64,000 bases of DNA from Nemertoderma westbladi (Eukaryota > Animalia > Xenacoelomorpha): NCBI GenBank assembly GCA_032718475.1, contig JAUCBJ010006806.1, positions 1 to 64,000 on the forward strand, in the 5' to 3' direction. The position numbers were made by a program, and so were the translations under genes. Shown here one piece after another: positions 11,487 to 21,579 of the stretch. The notes under the pieces were generated by a model, which worked only from the letters and a program-made list of their open reading frames with translations, was not told the origin of the DNA and ran no database searches. Positions within the stretch are counted from its first letter, which is position 1, and every line of letters starts with the position of its first letter.

Positions 11487-13377
11487 GTAAGTACTGATGT
11501 TATGGTTACCGGTACTGCTTTATTTATTGCCGCTATAAAGTTCCCATTCACGATGTAAATATATATGGATTAAATTACCAAGTTTATTTTATAGTACATT
11601 GAAATGTATATATGTATAATTGTAAAATGAATACCTTTAATTAACAAAGTACCGGTACCTATGGCGCAAAACAAATTAATGTAACATATTATTAACAAAA
11701 ACAATATAAGAACGAATTAATAAACAAATAACCAAATTAATATTAATTAAGCACCCCAAACTTTACGTGCGCTTATTTCCTTCCAATGGGTAAGTAAGTA
11801 AGGGTTGAAATGGGTTGGATTTACTGTAATTCAACCATAGAAAAATAGTTCTCAGTCCGTATGTGTACCTGTTTGTGCTTTAGAGGCCGGAATCAAAAGG
11901 TAAGCACAAAAATAAGCGCAGTCTCTGATCTCTGGGTATGGTTTCCGGTATTTTATTATCAAAATAAATCTCCGGGTAGGGTTTTTTTTCAAAATTTTAA
12001 AAATTAAGGAACACGTATTGGTTTCATTGGGAGCGCTTCCACTGGTAAGTCATAAGTCGTTTGTTACGACCTATGAGTCGAAATTGATTATTTCCCATGT
12101 TCCATCTTTTGACACACGACTCATGAGTTATATCCGGTAAGAGGCCTGTGATTGGTTACATTGGGTAGCAGCAAGTCAGAAAATATTGTACAGCAATTTA
12201 TGGTGTTCCATTAAATCTTCGGCGCATCTTATATTTTTTAAGAAAACTAGAGCACGGGAGATATACGTCTACTTTTGGCATCGACGGACTCAGACAAAAT
12301 CTGAAAGCGACTTATGACATACGACTCATGAGTTACCAGTGAAATTCTAATCTACCAATCAAATTTATAAGACTAAAATTATGGGAATGTCAGTGAAACT
12401 CTCTTAGACTGTAACACAGTCGATGTCGATCTCTGAGAAATAAACAATACCAGGAGAAATGAGGGAGTTTATTCGATATTATAGAAGTTGGTACAAATTA
12501 AGCTGATGGAGATGAATCAGATTTAGAGGATCAAGTATTCGATTCTGGTGAATGAACAAGGAACAAACAACATTAATAACAAATTAAAATGGTTAATCTT
12601 AAAATTTGATTTACAGGTGTTTTTATTTCAAACGCTGTAGTAAAGTTTATATTTTTAAATTCGTTGTTTTAGAAATTACTATTTTTATTTATAAATTTCA
12701 CTAACATATTTAGAATAAAAAACCCTGGTCTCTGGTTCACCGGGATTAAGTAAAACAGGTTTCTGTTGCAACTCTAAGGAATTATTGAATAAATATGTAA
12801 GGGGGGGGGGGGGGGGGGGGTCTGTTGGATCTCCTCATCTTTGGTGAATTGACTACCGGTATGTTAAAATCAGAAGATAGTTTATTGAGAAATAATTTAA
12901 TTGCATGGATAATTAGGTTCCTTGAATCAAGAGGCGTTGATTGATTTTCCTTTTCGTAAACAACCGATATACACCATGTCCCAGAATATAGTGTCGTAAT
13001 TCAGTGACACGCCCCCACCCCCCCCCCCCCCTAATTTTTCTACAAATCGTAATGAGATTGCATGAAATTTGAGACAGAGATAGTTTAACCTCCCGACAAC
13101 TGACTGGGTGAGCCAGAATTTTTATTTTTGCTTTCAATCTTTAGCTACTAGCGTTTATAAAAAGTGTCTCCAACGATATTACACCAGTTACACCGCAGTT
13201 ATTCTTCTACCTTATAGCTGTTTGTTGGTACCAATGGAAAGCTGACCATGCAAGGATTCCAAATATGTAACACAATTTGAATTTCGTTGAAAAATAGCTG
13301 AGATATGGGCGTTCAAATGTTGTGATGGTTTTGCACCGGCGCGAGGCTATTTTATTCTATTTAATAAATAAGGATTT

Positions 13378-13638
13378 CAGGATTTCCGGGATCGGGACCG
13401 GTATTATCACTCTCGAGATCCCTTATAATTTATTACTGAATGGTTTACTGAAATAAAAATTAGATATATATAATCAAAACATTTCCATTCTGCTGGAACT
13501 TTTTTTAGATGTTCAACAAATTTATTTAACACTTTAAACTTCGGGATCCCGTTCGAAAAAAGTTGGAATCGGGATTGGATATTTCGCTGGGATCCCGGTT
13601 TTTCGGTATATGGATCGGGATCCCGTTTAAACATTAGT
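13378..13638. mobile_element. Partial MITE with GGGATCCC subterminal repeats (same family as 59991-60330)
   Basis: cgggatccc motifs and the end ...cgggatcccgtttaaacatta match the TIR of the element at 59991. Confidence 0.6.
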
Positions 13639-13731
13639 GCATTGATGGAGCGAGAAGTCTTCACAATGTTTTCATATAAAATCTGATTTAAATAAAAAAA
13701 TCTGATTTAAATAAAAAAATCTGATTTAAAT

Positions 13732-14121
13732 GGGTGACTACAAAACAAAGACCAAAGACCCAAATAATAAAGACCTGCATAATCTTGAAACATGTGTTAA
13801 CTTTCGTTTATTGTTTTTGTCAACAAGCCTCTGTAACATGCTCCTTTACTAACCTGTTCCTTTTAATGGCAATGTAACCTAATGAGATTTGGGACCTGTA
13901 CAAAACAAAGAGGTAAAGATGCGTTACGTCTAAAGGGCGTTAGGTCCCATTGCCATAGAGCATTAGGTCCCATTGCCATTTACAGGAGCAGGTTAGTAAA
14001 GGAGCAGGTTAGTAAAGGAGCAGGTTACAGAAGCGTGTTAGGTGAACCAAAACAATAAACGAAAGTTAACAGGTGTTTTGTACAGGTCTTTGTTAATTGG
14101 GTCTTTGCTTTGTAGTCACCC
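13732..14121. mobile_element. Mutator/MuDR-like MITE
   Basis: TIR gggtgactacaaa(a/g)caaagacc; 9-bp TSD gatttaaat on both sides; inserted into an (aaaaatctgatttaaat)n repeat of an older element ending ...atcaaccctg. Confidence 0.8.
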
Positions 14122-14320
14122 GATTTAAATCATAAAAATCTGATTTAAATAAAAAAAAATCTGATTTAAATAAAAAAAATCTGATTTTTTTGATTTTTTT
14201 TTTAAAAATCATGATTTTTATCAACCCTGCCGCTAGATCGTAAAATCTGCCGTGGTTGGCTGTTTTATAATGGTGGAGTGATCTGGTTAGGCTTGTTTGC
14301 ATAATAGGCTTAATTATTAA

Positions 14321-15689
14321 CACTTTAACTGCGGATTGTGTATAATTCATGTTTTAACTTTACTGCGACGGGTTTTACTCCCTGTCAAGTGCGAGTGCGG
14401 ATTGCGCGCCGGTGCTCAATATTTTTACCCATCAAAATTAACAATTTTAACACCGAAATTCTGAAAGAGACCAAAAGTAAGTTAACATTTATTAATGTGA
14501 GTGGGTTGGGTATATAGGCCTATAATGATTGGTATAATTTTGACAAATTTTAATCCTGTAATCGTAAAATCGTGTACTAAACAAGGCGTACTATATACAA
14601 GGCCATGCCATCGAGTTAACTGGGAGTGGTGACTGGGGGCAAGATTTTTTTACAACTATTTGATATGGAGAGAGTTCTATAAATTTTAATTTGCTGCAAT
14701 TTGGTCGATGGACGTAATTGAAGCATCCTCGATAAGTAAGATAGAAAATTTTATGGTAGCGTTAGCTTGTGTTTTAGATAGTATTAGCTAGTAATTTCGA
14801 CACTGATTCCGACAACCTACTTCCCTCTAAAAATATATTGTAGTAGCTAGTTCTTATTACTATTTGTATAGAAAATGTTCCAGAAGATGTTAGCTATTCA
14901 TTTTTTAATGTTCTAGAACAAATATTTTTTGTTCTAGAACATTTTTTAGAAAAAAATCTGGATTCTATTTAAAACGCATAAAATCGTTCTAAAACGTGTT
15001 TAAAATCAATAAAAAAAAATTCACAATTAAAAAAAAAAATTTCACAATATTTTTTTTCACAATTTTTTTTGAATTTGAACACGTTTTAGAACGATTCCAT
15101 GTGTTTTAAATAGAATCCAGATTTTTTTCTAAAAAAAGTTCTAGAAGAACAAAAAATATTTGTTCTAGAACATAATTTTTTTTTAAATGAATAGCTACCG
15201 TATCATGTTCTGGAACATTTTCTATACAAATAGTAAAAAGAACTAGCTACTACAAAAAATTTATAATTATAGAGGGAAGTAGGTTGTCGGAACCAGTGTC
15301 GAAATTACTAGCTAAACCTATCTTAAACATTAGTTACCATAAATTTTTTATCTTATTTAACGAGGCGACTTCAATTACGTCCATCGATCAAATTGCAGCA
15401 AATGAAAATTTATAGAACTCTCCCCATATCAAAATATCAAATAGTTGTAAAAAAACATCTTGCCCCCAGTCACCGCCCCCAGTTAACTCGATGGCATGGC
15501 CTTGTATATAGTACGCCTTGGTACTAAAACAATAAATAAAATTTAGATAAAATTCAAACTAAATACTATCTCTGAACTGAAAGGAGCAACTGGCGCACAA
15601 TCCGCAGTTGACGAACTGCAAAGGATTGTTCACCGGTGAACTATCCGCAGTGACAAATAACTAATGGTTTCAGAGCCGCAGCTAACGGG
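14321..15689. mobile_element. piggyBac-like non-autonomous element hosting the hAT insertion
   Basis: TTAA|cactttaactgcgg ... ccgcagctaacggg|TTAA (imperfect TIR, TTAA at both ends) plus internal inverted tgcggattg/caatccgca motifs. Confidence 0.6.
14582..15520. mobile_element. Non-autonomous foldback hAT-like element
   Basis: TIR caaggcgtactatatacaaggccatgccatcgagttaactggg; perfect 8-bp TSD GTACTAAA (14574-14581 and 15521-15528); palindromic over its whole length. Confidence 0.9.
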
Positions 15690-15761
15690 TTAATAAATTA
15701 ATAACAATTAATTTATATTTTTTTAAGCGATTTTGGTAACTTTTAGATATTTTATTTTCAG

Positions 15762-15872
15762 ACAACGTCGACTAGAAGAGATACTAGAAAATCGCTAGGG
15801 GCCGGTGCTATACCTGCCTCGGTAACCAATAGTAACAAACGTGCTCCGTCGCCCAACAACCCTAGTCTACAG
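15762..15872 (+). CDS. KIF2A: Kinesin-13 coding exon 3 (low-complexity linker)
   Basis: ttttcag|ACA...CAG|GTTAGT; 111 nt open frame TTSTRRDTRKSLGAGAIPASVTNSNKRAPSPNNPSLQ; phase 0-0. Confidence 0.7.
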
Positions 15873-16149
15873 GTTAGTAGCGTCAGCGGCGGTCTAATGA
15901 ACTGCTCCACAGACCTACAACCCCCCCCCCCCCCCCCCCCCCCTTCAGCGACATTGGTTGGTCAGAAACAACATTAATTAATTCCTAATCTAAATCATGA
16001 GACTCTAATCGCCAAATGTAATTAAATTTTGTGGAATTTCGGCATTTCCCTTCAATTTTTGTGCCTCACCAACAAACCCAAATCACGTGTCACCGTCATC
16101 ATCCCAATCAATATTTCCATGTGACAGGTTTTTGTTTATTTCTGTTTAG

Positions 16150-16201
16150 GTTCCTCCAACTTATAAGAAAGCTCCAACAACTACCGCTCCCCCGCCAGCT
16201 G
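16150..16201 (+). CDS. KIF2A: Kinesin-13 coding exon 4 (linker)
   Basis: tgtttag|GTT...GCTG|GTAAGC; VPPTYKKAPTTTAPPPA; ends in phase 1, which fits the acceptor at 21445. Confidence 0.65.
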
Positions 16202-17659
16202 GTAAGCGGATTCCTTCACCGAATAATGAGTTCCATAACCAGGTTCGTCTTATTCAACAGACCATCGTAACAATATCTGTAATCGGCATTGCAATTGCAT
16301 CACGAATGCTTTGCCTTCTTATCGATAAAGTTGCGCAGCCACAACTCCCTATCACCCTGCCCAAACTCACAAAAAGTGGCCAAAAACGTTTCCCAAACGA
16401 TTCGACTTAATTTTAGAATGAAATTTTTTTTGGAACCTAGTAAAGTTATATATATTTTTGAAGATAATTTTATGGTCCAACAGATGCACAAAAAATCATG
16501 CTGCCACTCCGACTTTGAAAGATTTTACAGACCTTTTAGCACTAAAAAATGCAGGTTTTTCAATTGTCCAAAAAAGTTAATTGCATTGTGGGGGATGTAT
16601 TTTGACATCTACTGGGAGTAATTCAACAAGTTATAGCTCATTTTAAAGCTAAATAATAGAGGAATGCAATTGAATAACCTCCAAATTGTTTTATTGATAT
16701 CATATTTAAATAAAACAATAGATAATATACCCCTATTTTTGACAATTACTTGTCCCAAACGGTAACAACTGAATTCACCAATAGGTTTTTATTTGGATTC
16801 TATAAACTAAATTCTTATTTGAAAGGAAAATCTTCAAGAAGTGGAATGTTCCAGATTTTACGAAAAAATACTATTAAACACAACCAGAGATATGGCTGGT
16901 TTTATACGTGAGAGTCGATTATGTCAATTAGGATTGTCCCATGTGTAACACCAAGTGCACTGCTTTACCATGCTCTAGAATCAGTTCTAACAAACTTGAT
17001 ATTAAGATTCAAATATCAGAAGATAGCCAAGTTCCTGGTCTTTTGCATGAATAATCATTTGTGGCAACAATTGACTGTGGAATATACTTTAGTTGCTTTT
17101 ACATTTATCAGCATGAGCTTTGTCCCACCTGTAACCATAGCCTGTAACACAAAAAATCGTTACAAGGCGGGACGTCCCACATGTAACATGTAAATCGAAT
17201 AATTTTGGGCTACAGAATGGGACATGTCTCACCTGTAACACTTTAGTAGTGCAGACTTTATAATATTGATAAGACTGTAGGTCATGCACACAGAACAGCA
17301 CTATTAACTGTGAATTGGTACTTACCTACCTACAGTTGTACCGGTAACAGTAACAGTGCTGCCTCTTTATTGCGTTTGATTCGAAGTTATTGGATCTACA
17401 GATCTGCGCAGTGCATAGAGTTTACTGTTGACTACTAAACAAACTAATCCTAACCAGAACCAGTTATAAGACACTGATACAGACACTATGTGACTACGGT
17501 ATAGAATAGAGACCACATTTCATAACTTATTAGACATCAGTTTGCCGTTCCGGTATCAAGATACTGATAGTAAATAAAAATAGGACTAATAATACTGATC
17601 TGTCTTATATGGAATGCGGTCCATCTTAGATCTATCTTCTGCGATTGGGAGAGGGAGAT

Positions 17660-18236
17660 TGGGAGCTCCGTGAGGGGAGCAGTTAGAGATGGGGGGGGGG
17701 GGGAAATAGAAGTCTAGGGGAGCAGTTGGAGGTGTGAGGGGAAAGGTAGAGGTGCAAGGGGAGCAGTTGGAGGTGCGAGGGGAAAAGGTCGAGGTGCAAG
17801 AGGAGCAGTTGGAAGTGTGAGGGGAACAGGTAGAGGTGCAAGTGGAGCAGTTGGAGGTGCGAGGGGAAAAGAGGTGCAAGTGGAGCAGTTGGAGGAGCGA
17901 GAGGAGTAGTTAGTGCGAGAGCAGTAGGTAGAGGTGCGAGAGGATCTGTGGAGGATGTGGGAGATAGGGTGAAAAGTACAGGAGGATCTGTGGAGGGTGT
18001 GGGAGACAGGGTGAAAAGCACAGGAGGATCTGTGGAGGGTGTGGGAGACAGGATGAAAAGCACAGGAGGATCTGTGGAGGGTGTGGGAGACAGGGTGAAA
18101 AGCACAGGAGGATCTGTGGAGGGTGTGGGAGACAGGGTGAAAAGCACAGGAGGATCTGTGGAGGGTGTGGGAGACAGGGTGAAAAGCACAGGAGGATCTG
18201 TGGAGGGTGTGGGAGACAGGGTGAAAAGTACAGGAG
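17660..18236. repeat. Purine-rich ~42-bp minisatellite in two sub-arrays
   Basis: Degenerate ggagcagttggaggtg...aggtgcaag units (17660-17940), then ~7 copies of ggaggatctgtggagggtgtgggagacagggtgaaaagcaca. Confidence 0.9.
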
Positions 18237-18569
18237 ATGAACAATTTATAGGTTTCGACTAACTGCTCAGCCATAATGATATACAGTTATAAGCTCGGTA
18301 ATAAACTCGTCATGCTTTGTGAATTTTCATATAAATCGTCGTCACTAAAGTACCTAAAGTGGTTAAAATGTTTTATAAACTCTTTATGTTTATTTGATAA
18401 ACTATAATATTTTATAATTTTTCGAGAAATGGGGACCATAAAGATTTATTATGATTGATTTTATTATCAAATAAGCTTTATTGGGATGTGTTACTGGGAT
18501 CAGGAATGGCTGCATAGCTCCCACTCAGAGACGAACTCTAGGTTAATTTAACATATCAGTGTAATTACA

Positions 18570-19743
18570 CTACTACTACTAGGATCGGCATGCTGCATTG
18601 CAGCTGCATTTTTAAGAATGCTGTGCCGGCTTGTCAACAAAATTGCACCGCCACAACTCCCTATCACCCATGACATTTGCTAGATCATCCGCATCTTTAA
18701 GGCCAGTGTCCTTTAAGATGCGTCTCAAGAAAGTCATGGGCTGTCCACCATGCTTATTCACTCAATGAGGCTGCCAAAGTACAAGATTATGCACTGGCTG
18801 GTCCTCACGGCGAAAGCAATGTCCTGCAAAGCGGAGGCTATTTTGTTCTAGTGTCAAGCTTGGGGGAACCAATGAGACACCTCCAATGTTATATAATGTC
18901 TGGTTGGAGATGTGTGCATTGTACTTGACACAATGAACCCGGCGTAGCATTCTTGTGAATGTGCCATCCAGAGATTTGGTGTCCTCAGCAGTTAGAGCCC
19001 AGCATGGACTCCCGCAGAGGAGTACTGGAACTACTGCTGCTCTAAATAATCGGACCTTAAGTTTCCGATTAATTCTTGGTGACTTCCAAACCCTGGAAAG
19101 CCAATTCAAGGCTGCCCATGCCTTTCCCTTACGTATTCGAAGGTTCTCACCTGACTTCCGGATCCATGATCCCAGGTAACAGAAGTCGTCCACATGCTCA
19201 AGCATACCATCCTTTGAGCTTATGCTCATCCGATCAGAGACTTGCTGAGGACTTTCAAAGTTAACTGTCAGAATTTTGGTCTTTCTGGAGTTAATAATAA
19301 GACCAACACTAGTAGCAGCATGTTCTAATGAGCTGAGGAGCCGTTGGGCTCCCTCTAATGATTCTGAGAGTACTCCTAAGTCATCAGCAAAGTCTAGATC
19401 AGTTAGGTACTTGGCAGGATTTCCTCGACTTCTGGAGCCAGTAGGTGGAGTTATCATCACCCCATCATCATTATAATGATCTAAGGACATGCGTAGAACA
19501 TAGTCAACCACAATAATGAACAAGAATGGTGCAAGTGTGTCTCCTTGGAGGACGCCCCATAACACTTCAAATGGTTCTGTGTCACCGTCAACAGTAGACA
19601 CAAATGTTGTCGAACCATCGTATACTGATCTGATTGCTGCAATAATTTCATCAGGAATCCCATATAATGAAAGTATGCTGAACATACGTGAGCGAGAGAC
19701 TGAATCAAAGGCCTTGAAGAAGTCAACAAAGATAACAGCCAGT
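18570..19743 (-). mobile_element. 5'-truncated RTE-clade LINE (reverse transcriptase C-terminal part)
   Basis: VDFFKAFDSV, GVLQGDTLAPFLF, LDFADD, FCYLGS and LRFAGH motifs; (AGT)n 3' tail; 11-bp TSD gtgtaattaca (18559-18569 and 19744-19754). Confidence 0.92.
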
Positions 19744-21444
19744 GTGTAATTACAACTGGTGTTACATGGTGGGACAAATTGTTACAGGCATCGGAAATCA
19801 CCATTCAAGGGCTCTGATTGGCTGATATTGGGCGTTACATTGTGGGACAAGTGTTACAGGAATGGACATCTGTTTTTCTCAATTATTTGTTACCATGAGG
19901 TCGGGACTATTGGGAAATTACCACCACTGAATTCAGCGCATCGAGAGCTTTCTGGTGATATATAATATTATATACTTTGGGAAACTTTTTTTTTTACAAA
20001 AAAAATAATTTTTTTGGCCACTTTTTGTGATTTTGAGCCACCCAGGATTTTCGCGAGAATATCCGCATCTTCAAGGCCAGCGTGTCCTTTAAGATGCGTC
20101 TCAGGAAAGTCACGAGCTGCCCAGCCCACCATGTTTGTTCTATCTATGAGTCCGTCAAAGCCCATATCTTGAACAGGCTGGTTTTCAGGGTGTAAGTCTC
20201 AATGTCCTGCAAAGCGGAGGCGGCTCTTTTCAAGTGTCAACCTTGTGGGACTAATAAGGTACAGTGCTGTATAGCGACTAGTCTTAGTAACTTGTACTCA
20301 TTGTACCGGCGGTGCTATATTAATTGGTCATTCATTGTCAGTTGTTAGATGGCAACTTAATTGGTCACAAAAATACATCTGCTACCCAAGAGATATATAG
20401 GATACAAGGCATCCCAGAGTGTAGCCCACTGCGCTATTCAGTTTGGAATCCCTTCTTTAACATTCTAGCTCTATAATACCTCCCTCCCATACGCACTTTC
20501 GCCTCTTCCATAGTTTTGTCTACCTACGGGCCTCTCATCAGATTTACCTCGAAAAAATGATTAAATTGATTTCGGACAATAATAATTATTTCATTTACCT
20601 TAGCCAAAACCACCTTTCTCTGTAGTTTCTCACTCACTGTTAACAATCTATCCCATCACACTTGACTTGTTAACAATTACTTTGTTATCCTATTAATTTG
20701 GCTCCTTCCTTTTATGAACCCTACCCCCCCGTATCGATGCGTTTAGTGGCTCATATATTCCCCATTCATAGGATTATGATAGGATAACGTTATCTTTAAT
20801 AATCCCTAATTAATAATTAATCGTAAACGATCCTATCAGCTGTATGGATATTAACTTTGGTTATATTTATGATAACTTCATGTACTCAAGTATTTTGATC
20901 CGCACCGCCAATCTTATCGCTTGTCTATCTATAAATAATTGGTATCATTTTAATTCACACCAGTCTAACTAATTAGCTGATAACCAGTATATTTGCTACT
21001 CTATTAGTCTCTTTCAATAAGATGCTGCCGCAGTATGTATTGTGAGAGGTATGACACTGCCGGAATTTGTAAATAATAAAAACTTCAACTTTTAATTTAA
21101 AAAACCAATATAAAACTAGCATTGTAGCGGCACAAAGTACAAACCCACTCCCATCCGTCTCACCCTTCCTGTCACAATGTGTCACTATAAAGTTCGACCC
21201 CCACAACACCTCCCTCTTTCATTGCTACTTTTTGAATTCATCCATCCCATCCCATGTAAAACTATTTTTGCTATAGTGACTCAAAACTGCATTGTTTTGG
21301 CATTTTTTGTGGATAAATTGGTAACTTTGGAAACAGAAAGTGATTACTAATCGTACTCTATGGTTGCATTGAATAAGCCAATAAGTGTTAATTCCCATTT
21401 AGAAATATATTTTTTATATTTATTTTAGGATTCAACTTTTACAG

Positions 21445-21579
21445 CATCAGAAGCGTCGAAAAAAGATCGAAGGAGCAACGTTGTAAGCGAGGTAGAAAGG
21501 CTAAAGAAGAACAGAGAGGAACGCCGAGCCAAACAGGCTGAGGCGCTGATACAGAAACAGCAGCTAATAGAGGAAGCGG
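21445..21579 (+). CDS. KIF2A: Kinesin-13 coding exon 5 (neck helix)
   Basis: ttttacag|CA; SEASKKDRRSNVVSEVERLKKNREERRAKQAEALIQKQQLIEEA is the kinesin-13 neck (R.S.VV.EVE.L...RE.RR). Donor GCGG|GTGAGT, phase 1. Confidence 0.92.

Larger units (their letters stand above)
16358..20039. mobile_element. Non-autonomous DNA transposon with 4-bp TSD (Sola-like), splitting an older LINE fragment
   Basis: TIR ...tcacaaaaagtggccaaaaa / tttttggccactttttgtga...; TSD ACCC (16354-16357 and 20040-20043); flanks 16285-16357 and 20040-20250 rejoin into an RTE 3' region. Confidence 0.75.

Noticed and set aside
17586-18274. Pro/Thr-rich or Gly-rich ORFs as an extra gene or kinesin exon
   Set aside because: They lie in a minisatellite inside a transposon and have no convincing splice sites.
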